DNA of 64,000 bases from Gammaproteobacteria bacterium (GTDB lineage Bacteria; Pseudomonadota; Gammaproteobacteria; Steroidobacterales; Rariloculaceae). The stretch covers positions 47,128-111,127 of the forward strand of contig JAJEGN010000004.1 in assembly GCA_022819855.1 (NCBI GenBank), in the 5' to 3' direction. This document shows, piece after piece, positions 18,717-28,243 of the stretch. Each line of letters starts with the position of its first letter. Position 1 is the stretch's first letter. Below the pieces are notes generated by a model. It saw only the letters and a program-made list of their open reading frames with translations, was not told the origin of the DNA and did not search any database. Both the position numbers and the translations under genes were made by a program.

Positions 18717-19539
18717 CCGCTACATGAACTGGTGCGGCCACCGCATCCACATCACGGAGGCCGGGGTCGGAGATCCGCTGCTCCTGATCGCGGGCCTCGG
18801 CTGCAATACGGAGATGTGGGGTCCTTTCCTGAGCTACCTGCCGGAACGGCGCGTCATCCGTTTCGATGCGCCCGGCACGGGGCTGTCGAGCACGCCGGCC
18901 TACCCGGTGTCGGTCGCCGAACTCGCGAGCCTCACTGCCGCGGTGCTCGACGACTGCGAAGTCTCCCGCGGCGATGTGATCGGCTACTCCTACGGCGGCG
19001 GCGTCGCACAACAGGTGGCCCTCGACTATCCGGAGCGGATCGGGCGGCTCGTGCTTGCGGCCACGACCTGCGGAGTCGGCATGGTGCTCGGTTCGCCGCG
19101 GGCGATGGTCGTGCTCTCGACGCCGTTTCGGTACTACTCGTCGCATTACTTCAACCGCACGGCGGCCGTGGCCTACGGTGGGCGGACGGCGCGCAACCCG
19201 GATATCCGCCGCCGGATGATGCTGGCGCGGCGCGCGCACCCGCCGACCTATCACGGCTATGCCATGCAGTTGCTCGCGGGCATGGGCTGGTCGAGCCTCG
19301 GGTTTCTCGGCCGTATTCCGCACGAGACTCTCGTGATCTGCGGGGACGACGATCCGCTGATCCCGATCGTGAATCCGGAATTGCTCGCGAGTCGGATTCC
19401 GCGCGCAGAACTCGACATCGTGCCCGGCGCCGGTCACCTGTTCCTCTGGGACGACGCCGAAAACATGGGTGGACGCATCGGGCAGTTCATCGAACGCGGG
19501 CGCAGGCGCATCGACAACGTGATCGGGCTCGGTGCCTGA
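18709..19539 (+). CDS. phaZ: Poly(3-hydroxyalkanoate) depolymerase, intracellular mcl-PhaZ type
   Basis: FDAPGTGLSSTP, GYSYGG, YPERIGRLVLAAT, GYAMQLLAGMGWSS, GDDDPLIP, GHLF, matching the Pseudomonas PhaZ pattern as recalled. Confidence 0.78.
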   Translation: MASRYMNWCGHRIHITEAGVGDPLLLIAGLGCNTEMWGPFLSYLPERRVIRFDAPGTGLSSTPAYPVSVAELASLTAAVLDDCEVSRGDVIGYSYGGGVAQQVALDYPERIGRLVLAATTCGVGMVLGSPRAMVVLSTPFRYYSSHYFNRTAAVAYGGRTARNPDIRRRMMLARRAHPPTYHGYAMQLLAGMGWSSLGFLGRIPHETLVICGDDDPLIPIVNPELLASRIPRAELDIVPGAGHLFLWDDAENMGGRIGQFIERGRRRIDNVIGLGA

Positions 19540-19575
19540 CGACAGATTGACCGCTATCAGACTGGAGACGAACGA

Positions 19576-20541
19576 ATGAGCAGTTCGACCGGGACCTTGA
19601 GGGGCGCCATGGAGCTGGCGTTGCTGTTTGCGATCGGCGCCGGTGCCGCGCATGCACAGGAATGCGCGCCTTCGCAGTTCGGCGCGGATGACGAAATCGG
19701 CGCGGCGAACCTTGTTACGGCCGAGAGCGTTCTGGCCGCGATGAGTCTCGTCGAGGCGGGGCAGGTCCATCCGCTCGGCATCGTGATCGATCCGGGCATG
19801 CCGGCATTCGCGCCGCGCCGGATGATGCTGCAGGTCGTGCAGCCGGGACAGCATCATGGCCGGCCGCTCGACGGTGATTTCGGCTGGCCGATGAGCTACA
19901 ACGACGATGTCAGCCAGCTCTGGTGGGGCATGGGGCCGCAGATCGACGGGCTCGGCCACCTCGGCGAGGCCGGCGTCTTCTACAACTGCACGCCGGGGAG
20001 CGATTTCTCGGCCATCACGGGGCTTGAGAAATTCGGCATCGAGAAGATCCCGCCGCTCGTCGCGCGCGGCGTGCTCATCGACATGGCCCGGCACTTCGGT
20101 GTTGACGCGCTCGAAGGCGGGCAGGCCTTCGGCGTCGAGGACATCCAGGCAGCGGCGCAAGCGCAGGGCGTGGAGATCCTGAGCGGCGACGTCGTGCTGT
20201 TTCACACGGGCTGGACCGACGCGTACCTGACCGCGGATCCGGCCGCATGGGTCGCCACCGAACCCGGCATCACGAACGCCGCCGCCGTGTATCTCGCTTC
20301 GCTCGGTCCGCTCGCGGTCGGCGCCGATACCTGGGGCATCGAGGCCGTGCCTCCCGCTGACGGAGACAGGGTCTTCTACGGCCATGTGACGCTGCTCAAG
20401 GAGAACGGCATCTACATCCTCGAGACGATGAACACCGGACGCCTGGCCGAGGAGGGCGTCAGCGAGTTCCTGTTCGTGCTCGGTCAGCCCCGGCTGCAGG
20501 GCGCCGTGCAGATGCTCGTCAATCCCGTCGCGATCTGGTAG
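19576..20541 (+). CDS. Secreted cyclase-family (metal-dependent hydrolase) protein
   Basis: FGADDEIGAAN, GPQIDGLGH, RGVLID, GDVVLFHTGW, GADTWGIE, ENGIYILE; signal peptide. Confidence 0.87.
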   Translation: MSSSTGTLRGAMELALLFAIGAGAAHAQECAPSQFGADDEIGAANLVTAESVLAAMSLVEAGQVHPLGIVIDPGMPAFAPRRMMLQVVQPGQHHGRPLDGDFGWPMSYNDDVSQLWWGMGPQIDGLGHLGEAGVFYNCTPGSDFSAITGLEKFGIEKIPPLVARGVLIDMARHFGVDALEGGQAFGVEDIQAAAQAQGVEILSGDVVLFHTGWTDAYLTADPAAWVATEPGITNAAAVYLASLGPLAVGADTWGIEAVPPADGDRVFYGHVTLLKENGIYILETMNTGRLAEEGVSEFLFVLGQPRLQGAVQMLVNPVAIW

Positions 20542-20700
20542 CCGCGGGTCCGGCCGACCGCCGGGCGTCGCCCGAATTCCTCCTGCCGACGACCGCCGGT
20601 CGCGCCTGGCGGCCCCGGCGATTGTCGACGGCCGAATCCCCTGCTACGGTTGGGAGATACCATTGCCGTCCCGGGCGATGGCCAGCGGGGGAGATCGGAT

Positions 20701-22806
20701 ATGTCGAAGAAGCATAACGATGAACGCGGGGATTCCGGGCGACGCAACGAGAGCGGCGTAAGCCGGCGGGAATTCGTCAAGGGCGGCGCCGCAGCCGGCA
20801 TCGGCGCCGCGGCCTTGCTTGAGTCCGGCACGGCGCCGGCGCAGCAGGCGTCGACCGGGGCCGACGCGATTCAATGGGACTACGAAGCCGATGTGGTCAT
20901 CGCCGGCGGCGGTTGCGCCGGCCTGACCGCGGCGATCCGGGCGCGTGATCTCGGCGCGAGCGTGCTCGTCATCGACCAGAACTTCGATCTCGGCGGCCGG
21001 ATGCTGCACAGCGGCTCGTTCATCTCGCTCGGCGGCGGCGATCCGATCCAGCAGCGCGACATGAAGGGCGAGAGCGATGCCGAGGGTTTCGTGACCGTTC
21101 CGCCGCTTGAGAATCCCGAGGAACTCGACGACGACATCGAACTGCTCTTCACCGACATCACCGACTGGTCGGTCCTCGACATCAAGGCCCAGAACCCCTA
21201 CCGCTACAACGAGCGCGAGCTCGTCAGGGCCTGGGCCGAGAACTGCCCGGCGACGCGGCAGTTCCTCATGGACAACTACGTGCGTTTCAGCCGGATCAAC
21301 GGCACGCACGGCGGCGGCGGCCTGTCGCGGGCGCGCGGCGCACGCTGCATCTTCGTGCTCGGCGACAAGACCGACATGAAGGCCGGCACGATCACGGCCG
21401 AAGACGCAGGCCTCGCGGATCCCGAGCGCACGAGCGCGTTCGCGCCCGTCCAGATGTACAGCGCAAGCCCCTTCGCCGGGCCGAACACGGTCGCGAACGG
21501 CGTCGCGCTGTCGCGGCCGCTCGAGTTCTCCGCGCGCGAGAAGGGCGTCGAGTTCATGCTGCACCGCTGTTTCGAAGAACTCATCCGCGAGGAGCCCTTC
21601 GCAGGAAGGATACTTGGCATCCGGGCGACCTATTCGCCGCGAATGCACCCGGAAACCGGCGAGCGGCTCGAGAGCTACTGGCAGAACGGCAACATCGACG
21701 AACGGCGCGAGGTCCTGCACATCCGGGCGCGCCGCGCCGTGATCCTGGCCTCGGGCGGACACGCCGGCAACCCGGAGGTCCGCGGCATGTTCTATCCGGC
21801 GATGCGCGAACCCGCCTTCCCGACGAGCGGCATGGCGCTGCAGGGGCCGCACGGCCAGGACGCGAGCGCGCTCACGGCGGGGCTCAGGGTCGGCGCGAAT
21901 CTCGCCGGCATGCAGCAGAACATTTCCTATTCCACGACGTTTCACATCGCCACGCGGCTCGGCACGCGCGACGCGTACACGGCCATGATGCCCGGCCACC
22001 CGACCTTCGGTTACCGCGGTTCTTCGGGCCTTGACGTCGGCACGGCCGGCTTCGAGCAATTCATTGCCGTGAACCAGGTCGGCAAGCGCTTCTTCAACGA
22101 GGTCAGGCTGCCGGTGCGGCCGGGGCTCAACCGCTATCCGGGCGACGGCGGCGCACCGGGCCGCGGACTCGACCACAAGCCGCTCGACTGGCGCAACTGC
22201 CGCAAGGAGTGGGTCAGACAGATGTACGGCTACGACCACGGCCTCGATGCGGCGCTCGCGATGAACGAGGGATCCGAACCCCCGCATTACTACTCGGGAC
22301 CGCTCTGGGCGATCTTCGACCAGGCCGCGGTCGAGCGAAACGAGTGGAGACTGCGCTATCCCTACGTGGCGGACAACGGCTATTTCTTCAGCGCCGACAC
22401 GATCGGGGAACTCGCCGCGAAGATCGAAGCCGGACACGAGTTCCAGCGCGTGCCGCTCAAGTACCTCTCCGAGACCGTGGCGACCTGGAACGGCTATGTC
22501 GACGCCGGTGTCGATCCCGAGTTCGAGCGCGAGACCGAGGCGCCGATGCACGCCATCGCGACGCCGCCGTTCCATGCGCTTGCGATCATGGTGATCTGGC
22601 ACGATTCCTACGGCGGCCTGCGCGTCAACGGCCGCCAGCAGGTCGTCGACATGCAGGGGGAGGTGATTCCCGGTCTCTACGCGGGCGGCGAGGCGGCCGG
22701 CGGCTTCAACAAGCACGGGCTGGGCAAGGGCCACGTGCATGGCTACATCGCCGGCACGCATGCGGCGGCGGATACGGATGTCGAGGAGCCTGCGCGCAAC
22801 GCGTAG
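20701..22806 (+). CDS. Tat-exported FAD-dependent oxidoreductase (flavocytochrome c / succinate dehydrogenase flavoprotein superfamily)
   Basis: SRREFVK; WDYEADVVIAGGGCAGL, VILASGG, VNQVGKRFFNE, GGLRVN, PGLYAGGE. Confidence 0.87.
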   Translation: MSKKHNDERGDSGRRNESGVSRREFVKGGAAAGIGAAALLESGTAPAQQASTGADAIQWDYEADVVIAGGGCAGLTAAIRARDLGASVLVIDQNFDLGGRMLHSGSFISLGGGDPIQQRDMKGESDAEGFVTVPPLENPEELDDDIELLFTDITDWSVLDIKAQNPYRYNERELVRAWAENCPATRQFLMDNYVRFSRINGTHGGGGLSRARGARCIFVLGDKTDMKAGTITAEDAGLADPERTSAFAPVQMYSASPFAGPNTVANGVALSRPLEFSAREKGVEFMLHRCFEELIREEPFAGRILGIRATYSPRMHPETGERLESYWQNGNIDERREVLHIRARRAVILASGGHAGNPEVRGMFYPAMREPAFPTSGMALQGPHGQDASALTAGLRVGANLAGMQQNISYSTTFHIATRLGTRDAYTAMMPGHPTFGYRGSSGLDVGTAGFEQFIAVNQVGKRFFNEVRLPVRPGLNRYPGDGGAPGRGLDHKPLDWRNCRKEWVRQMYGYDHGLDAALAMNEGSEPPHYYSGPLWAIFDQAAVERNEWRLRYPYVADNGYFFSADTIGELAAKIEAGHEFQRVPLKYLSETVATWNGYVDAGVDPEFERETEAPMHAIATPPFHALAIMVIWHDSYGGLRVNGRQQVVDMQGEVIPGLYAGGEAAGGFNKHGLGKGHVHGYIAGTHAAADTDVEEPARNA

Positions 22807-22996
22807 TGTTCGCCGTGCGCTCCGGATTGACAGACAATTTCGGATCGTTACGATACGGGGACGCAGCCCGGTTCCGCGGGAGCCGGGCGCAGTCCGGTTG
22901 AAACGCGGCTTCTGCCGCAGCCGTTCGCGGCGGACGTCCGGCGGCGCACCTGACTGCAGCGCGACCGTTACTGACGCGTCACCGAGGGGGTGGAGC

Positions 22997-25453
22997 ATGA
23001 CTGGTCTTGTAAGGAGATCTTTGCTGGGTCTGGCGGCGGTGGCCGCATTCTCGACCGGCGCGCTTGCCCAGCAGGCGGGACTGCTCGAAGAGGTCGTCGT
23101 CACGGCCGAACGCCGGGAACTCTCACTTCAGGAAACGCCGATTTCCGTCGTCGCCTTCACGACCGAGAGCATCGAGTTCAAGGGCATCGAGACGATCGAG
23201 GATATTTCGACGTTCACGCCGAATCTCGACATCAAGGGCTCGCGTTTCTCCGGCAACAACAACCCCGTGTGGCAGATCCGCGGCCTGTCGGGCTACGGCG
23301 GCACGACGTCCGAACGCACGGCGGGGCTCTACATCGACGGCATCTACGTGCCGCGTACGACGGGTCCGTTCCTGAACGTGCTCGACGTCGAGCGCATCGA
23401 GATCCTGCGCGGTCCGCAGGGGACGCTGTTCGGGCGCAACAGCACCGGCGGCGCGATCCGCATCTTTACCCAGCGGCCGGGACCGGAACGCGACGGCTAC
23501 GTCAGGGTCGGTGTCGGCAACTTCGACCGGCGCGATCTGACTGCGATGTTCAACGTTCCGGTCAGCGACGCCTTCTACCTGCGCGGCCAGTTCGCCTCGC
23601 TGAACCAGGACGGTTACGTCAGGCGCGGCCCGCAGCTCCTCGGCGGCTCCGAAGACACGATCGGCCGGCTGCAGGCCCGGTTCGTCCCGAGCGAAAACGT
23701 CACGGTCGACATCAACTTCAGCGTCACCGAGGTCGATTCCGACGGCGGCGCGCAGGACCTCGCGATCTGGGACATGCGGCCACACCAGGACTACGAGGGC
23801 AACTACGCCGACTGGCTCTCGGACTTTCTCCAGAACGCGGGGCAGCCGCGTCTTGAGGTCTACAACGATCCCCGCGTCGTGCTCGACGACTACACGATGC
23901 CCGACTGGTGTTTCATCGACGACGGCGACCCCGACTGGGACCCGGCCTGCGAGCAGTGGAACACGCTCGACTTCCAGCAACTCGACGCGACCGTCGAGTG
24001 GCAGATCAACGATACGCTGACGCTGACCTCGACCACCGGCATCTCGAGCTTCGAGAGCGCCGCGGTCAACGACGCGCAACTGCTCGGCTTCTCCTGGACG
24101 CCGAGCGAGGTCAACTCCGACGTGTTCTACCAGGAGCTGCAGCTCAACGTCGGCCTCGAACGCGTCAACCTCGTGGCCGGGTTCACGTACTTCGAGGAGG
24201 AAGGCCGGTCGGACGCGCAGGCGGCGCTGTCGGTCGTCGGCACGAGCAACTACTTCATCCAGCGGTCCTTCGGCAACGCCTGGTCAGGACTGCGTTCGCA
24301 GAACAACGTGCTGACCGAACCCGACGCCGAGGCCATCGGCCTGTTCCTCAACGCGACCGTTGACGTGACCGACAACTTCAGCATCACCCCGGGCCTGCGC
24401 TGGTCCCTCGACGAAAAGGACGTGACGCAGACCGAGTTCGCGTCCGACAATTTCGTGCCGTTCGAGGGCGGCAGCACGAGGATCAACGCGAAAGAGGACT
24501 GGGACGAGGTCGACTGGCGGCTCACGCTCGACTACGACATCGCCGACAGCCACATGGTCTACGTCACGGCGTCGAAGGCGTTCCGCGCAGGCGCCTATTC
24601 GCTGCCAAGCGGCATGGGGGCGCCGGGCATCTCGGAGAACTTCTCCGGCGAACAGATCACCGCAGACCTCGCGCGTTCGCCGCCGTTCATACCGCCGGAG
24701 AGCGTCGAGAACCACGAGATCGGCCTTCGCACGGAATGGCTCGACGGCCGCGTCCGGTTCAACGTGACGTATTTCGACATGTTCTACTCCGACCGCCAGG
24801 GCCCGGTGGCGATCCCCGACCCGACGACGAACACGGGCTTCATCATCCAGACGGTCGATACCGGGGATGTCGACATCTGGGGTGTCGAACTCGATGCGCA
24901 GTTCGGCATCACGGACAATTTCGCGCTCGACATGGCCGCCGGCAACGTCGATTACAAGCTGCACGACATCTGCGGCAACAACGGCGACTTCCTGTTCCCG
25001 GGGCCGGTCGAGGAGAGCTACTCGTTCGGCGGCCGTTTCAACGTGCCGATGCAGACGGGCAGCAACCTGGCGATCTCGCTGAACTATGCGTACGTCGGCG
25101 ATCAGGAGACGCATCCCGGCGGGACGCAGATGCGCTGCCCGAGCCCGGCGGCGCAGTGGTTCTTCGACTCCCGCTATACCAACGAGGCCTACGGGCTCTG
25201 GAACGGCCGCGTCAGGTACACGAGCAGCGACGGGCGCTGGACGGGAACGCTGTTCGTCAACAACCTGACCGACGAGGTCTATTCGAACAACGCGAGCCGC
25301 GCGGGCGGCGGCTGGTGGGATTTCGTCGTTCCGGGCGTCGCCGGCGGGCTCGGCGTTCCCGAGCGTTCGGTCGTCCAGCACGTGCGCGGGCGGCCGCGCG
25401 AGTACGGCGTGACGTTCCAGTACAACTTCGGCGACGGCGCGCGCGCGCCGTAA
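22997..25453 (+). CDS. TonB-dependent receptor
   Basis: LEEVVVTAERR TonB box, RIEILRGPQGTLFGRN, NNLTDE, PREYGVTFQYNF. Confidence 0.93.
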   Translation: MTGLVRRSLLGLAAVAAFSTGALAQQAGLLEEVVVTAERRELSLQETPISVVAFTTESIEFKGIETIEDISTFTPNLDIKGSRFSGNNNPVWQIRGLSGYGGTTSERTAGLYIDGIYVPRTTGPFLNVLDVERIEILRGPQGTLFGRNSTGGAIRIFTQRPGPERDGYVRVGVGNFDRRDLTAMFNVPVSDAFYLRGQFASLNQDGYVRRGPQLLGGSEDTIGRLQARFVPSENVTVDINFSVTEVDSDGGAQDLAIWDMRPHQDYEGNYADWLSDFLQNAGQPRLEVYNDPRVVLDDYTMPDWCFIDDGDPDWDPACEQWNTLDFQQLDATVEWQINDTLTLTSTTGISSFESAAVNDAQLLGFSWTPSEVNSDVFYQELQLNVGLERVNLVAGFTYFEEEGRSDAQAALSVVGTSNYFIQRSFGNAWSGLRSQNNVLTEPDAEAIGLFLNATVDVTDNFSITPGLRWSLDEKDVTQTEFASDNFVPFEGGSTRINAKEDWDEVDWRLTLDYDIADSHMVYVTASKAFRAGAYSLPSGMGAPGISENFSGEQITADLARSPPFIPPESVENHEIGLRTEWLDGRVRFNVTYFDMFYSDRQGPVAIPDPTTNTGFIIQTVDTGDVDIWGVELDAQFGITDNFALDMAAGNVDYKLHDICGNNGDFLFPGPVEESYSFGGRFNVPMQTGSNLAISLNYAYVGDQETHPGGTQMRCPSPAAQWFFDSRYTNEAYGLWNGRVRYTSSDGRWTGTLFVNNLTDEVYSNNASRAGGGWWDFVVPGVAGGLGVPERSVVQHVRGRPREYGVTFQYNFGDGARAP

Positions 25454-25468
25454 GGCATCGTTTTCGTC

Positions 25469-27364
25469 GTGCCCGCTCCCGTGCCGTCGCTGACGACGGT
25501 CCTGCGGGTCCTGGCCGGCCTGTCGTTCCTGGCCGCGGTCTTCGTCTGGCGCCCGGACCGTCCGACCGCCGTGATCGGGGCTTCGGCCTTCGCCTTGCCC
25601 GACTCCGGGTCCGTCGAAGAGATCCATTACGCGGTGGGCCGCTCGGCGACGGTGCTGCTTCGAAAGCGCAACGGGCGTTTCGAGCTGCGCAGCAACGGGC
25701 TGCCGGAGGCCACGATCCGCGCTCGCGGCGCGCCGCCGCTCGGTCAGGCGGAACCCTGGCTCGCCGCGCTCCCGCTCGCGGCCCGCCCGGACATCGAATC
25801 GATCTTCATGGTCGGATTCGGCGGGGGCGTTGCGCTGGAGGATTTGCCGGCTTCGGTTCGCGATGTCGACGTCCTCGAGATCGAATCTGAAGTCATTGCC
25901 GCCAATCGGGCGCTCGCGGGCCTGCGAGCCGCGGACCCGCTTCGGGACGAGCGCGTCGAGGTCATCGTCAACGACGCCCGCAACGCGCTCGGCCTGACCG
26001 GCAAGCGTTACGACGCGATCCTGTCGCAACCGTCGCATCCGTGGACTCCCGGCGCCGCGCCTCTGTATACGCGCGAGTTCCTGAGCCTCGCCAGGAGCCA
26101 TCTCCACGACGGCGGCGTCGTCGCGCAGTGGATGAGCGCGGAGTTCGTCGACGCAGAACTCCTGCGCAGCCTCGTGGCGACGCTGCTTGACGTGTTCGGC
26201 AACGTGCGCTTGTACCACGGCGGCTCCGGGGCGCTCTTTCTGCTTGCGTCCGATGCGCCGCTTCAGTTCGAGTTCGAACTCGCGCGAACGGGTCGGCCGC
26301 TAAGCGCCAACCCGCTCTACTACAGCTATCTCGGACTCAATGGCGTCGAGGATTTCGTCGCGGCGCTGATGCTGGACGAGGATGGAGCCGCGCGATTCGC
26401 CGCCGGCGCGCGGCCGAGCACCGACGACGCCAATCTCATGGCGACCCTGAGCCGGCCGTTCGGTGACGGGCTCGGGATTGCACAACTCAGCGCGCTTTTC
26501 GAACCTTACGACCCGCTCGTCGACGCCGATAGCTGGGTCCACGAGCGGCTTGGCGACGAACTGAATTTCAGCTACATCGCCGGCCGGCTGCTGGCGGACG
26601 GTCAGATCGACCGGGCCGCCCGGCTCGCCTTCGCGGCCGCCGACGAATCCACCCGCGCGCTGATCACGGGGCTCGTGCGCGGTTCGGTCGGACAGCTCGA
26701 CGAGGTTGCGGAAGCCTGGCTTGCCGCTTTGCGCGCCGACCCGGGCAACGCCGATGCGCGATTCGCGCTTCTCGAGCCGGAACTCGCGGCGCTCGCGGCG
26801 GGACGGGCGAGCGACGAAGTCAGGGCGCTCGCACAGGCGTTCACGGGCGCGCCGGCAGCGGTGCTGCAGGGCTGGGAACTCGCCGCGAGGGGCGACTACG
26901 AGGGCCTCGCGCGGCTCGATCCGGAACTCGCAGGCACGAATGTCACGGATCTCTGGTATCCGCATGCGACGCGGCTCAGGGCGGACTGGCGCACCCGGGT
27001 CGTCGGCGAGACCCGCCATGCTTTCGACGCGTTGCGCATGATCGACCGCGCGGTTCTGATAAGGCCCGACATCGACCTGTTCCTGTTGCGGGCCGCGGCG
27101 GCGGAAGTGCTCGGCGATACGGCTGCGTTCATCGAATCCTGCCGGCACGCCGCCGAACTGCTCGAGGGCCGGCTCGATGGCCCGGTTCCCGGTGCGGCGG
27201 CACTGTCCGGCGCGGAACTCGATATCAATATCCGCCGCTTCATCGCGTTGCGTGCGGACCTGCTCGGCATGAGCGGGGATTCCGCCGGCTCCGCGATCGA
27301 CGTTGCCGAAGACATCGAGCGGCTCGTAGCACGCATGCAGGTGCTTGCGAGGGAAACGGGGTAG
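25469..27364 (+). CDS. Spermidine-synthase-like SAM-dependent domain protein with TPR-like C-terminus; probably a 5'-truncated fused MFS/spermidine synthase
   Basis: LRSNG, VGFGGG, VLEIE, NDARNAL, YDAILSQPSHPW, LYTREF, TDD; only one N-terminal TM helix and no RBS. Confidence 0.7.
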   Translation: MPAPVPSLTTVLRVLAGLSFLAAVFVWRPDRPTAVIGASAFALPDSGSVEEIHYAVGRSATVLLRKRNGRFELRSNGLPEATIRARGAPPLGQAEPWLAALPLAARPDIESIFMVGFGGGVALEDLPASVRDVDVLEIESEVIAANRALAGLRAADPLRDERVEVIVNDARNALGLTGKRYDAILSQPSHPWTPGAAPLYTREFLSLARSHLHDGGVVAQWMSAEFVDAELLRSLVATLLDVFGNVRLYHGGSGALFLLASDAPLQFEFELARTGRPLSANPLYYSYLGLNGVEDFVAALMLDEDGAARFAAGARPSTDDANLMATLSRPFGDGLGIAQLSALFEPYDPLVDADSWVHERLGDELNFSYIAGRLLADGQIDRAARLAFAAADESTRALITGLVRGSVGQLDEVAEAWLAALRADPGNADARFALLEPELAALAAGRASDEVRALAQAFTGAPAAVLQGWELAARGDYEGLARLDPELAGTNVTDLWYPHATRLRADWRTRVVGETRHAFDALRMIDRAVLIRPDIDLFLLRAAAAEVLGDTAAFIESCRHAAELLEGRLDGPVPGAAALSGAELDINIRRFIALRADLLGMSGDSAGSAIDVAEDIERLVARMQVLARETG

Positions 27365-27407
27365 CCCGCACAGGGTTGCCAGGGAAGCGCCGGTACCTGA
27401 ATTCCCG

Positions 27408-27863
27408 TCACCGCATCCTTTGGGGCGTGGAGCGCTGGATCAGCGGGTTGACCCACTTGACGTTGGGAAACCGGCCGAAGTCCGCATCGTTCGAATAGAC
27501 GGTGTAGCCGTGCTCCACGGCCAGGGCGGCGATATGCGCGTCCGTGGTCAGATTGCCCGCCGTGCCGGAGGCATTCAGCAGGTCTTTCACGAGTGGCCAG
27601 TGGGTTGGCGTGGGCACGACGATGACGACGTTGGGTTGTTCCAGCCATCGGTCGACGTAGTTCACGGCGTCCTCGAGACTGAGCGGGTTCGAAAATACGC
27701 GCCGGTTGGTCACCAATCGAACGAAGCCGAGCATGGTCGGATAGCACAGGCCCACGGGATTCGCGGATGACAGCACGTCGTCCAGCCAGGTGTTGGCGGC
27801 TCCGTGGAAGGAGCTTGTTTCGTCGACTGCGTAGACGAGCAGATTGACGTCCGGAAGGATCAA
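27408..27863 (-). CDS. vapC: VapC PIN-domain toxin
   Basis: ILPDVNLLVYA, GNLTTDAHIAALAVEHG, SNDADFGRF. Confidence 0.92.
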   Translation of the reverse strand: MILPDVNLLVYAVDETSSFHGAANTWLDDVLSSANPVGLCYPTMLGFVRLVTNRRVFSNPLSLEDAVNYVDRWLEQPNVVIVVPTPTHWPLVKDLLNASGTAGNLTTDAHIAALAVEHGYTVYSNDADFGRFPNVKWVNPLIQRSTPQRMR

Positions 27864-28117
27864 CGCTCCCCGCCCGCGAAATCGGCGATTTCCAGGTCAT
27901 CGATCAGGGCGTTCAGGCGTGTCGGATCGATTCCGGGTTTCAGCCCCAGCTTTCTCGTGGGCGTACGGAACCTCTTCGGCTTCGGCGGAGTCGACTTGGC
28001 CTGCACACCGAGCCTCAGCAATTGGTTGAGCGCAGCCTTGAAGCTCAGGCCCTCTCGCCTGCGCAAGGCTTCGACCTGCGCCGCCAGGTCGTCATCGATG
28101 GTCACGGTTGTTCGCAT
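27860..28117 (-). CDS. vapB: VapB ribbon-helix-helix antitoxin
   Basis: MRTTVTIDDDL..SFKAALNQLLRLG; stop overlaps vapC start. Confidence 0.88.
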   Translation of the reverse strand: MRTTVTIDDDLAAQVEALRRREGLSFKAALNQLLRLGVQAKSTPPKPKRFRTPTRKLGLKPGIDPTRLNALIDDLEIADFAGGER

Positions 28118-28121
28118 GACG

Positions 28122-28159
28122 ATCATCATAGACATCGAAAAACTGATGTCAATGATGAT
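28122..28159 (-). promoter_or_regulatory. vapBC promoter with overlapping inverted-repeat operator
   Basis: Minus strand TTGACA-N16-TATGAT-N7-ATG; 15-bp inverted repeat (14/15 match) ATCATCATAGACATC-N8-GATGTCAATGATGAT. Confidence 0.8.
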
Positions 28160-28163
28160 TTTC

Positions 28164-28209
28164 CGGACGAGCGGACGAGCGGACGAGCGGACGAGCGGAC
28201 GAGCGGACG
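28164..28209. repeat. 8-bp tandem repeat (CGGACGAG) x5.75
   Basis: Five perfect copies plus CGGACG, read directly from the sequence. Confidence 0.95.
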
Positions 28210-28243
28210 TACGGGCAGCCGACGGAGCACGGATGCCGGAAGG

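Noticed and set aside
19576-20541. Cyclase-family gene as kynB partnering kynA
   Set aside because: It has a signal peptide, lacks the HxGTHxDxPxH motif (QIDGLGH instead) and lies about 14 kb from kynA.
28164-28209. Repeat as a CRISPR array
   Set aside because: 8-bp units with no spacers and no cas genes.
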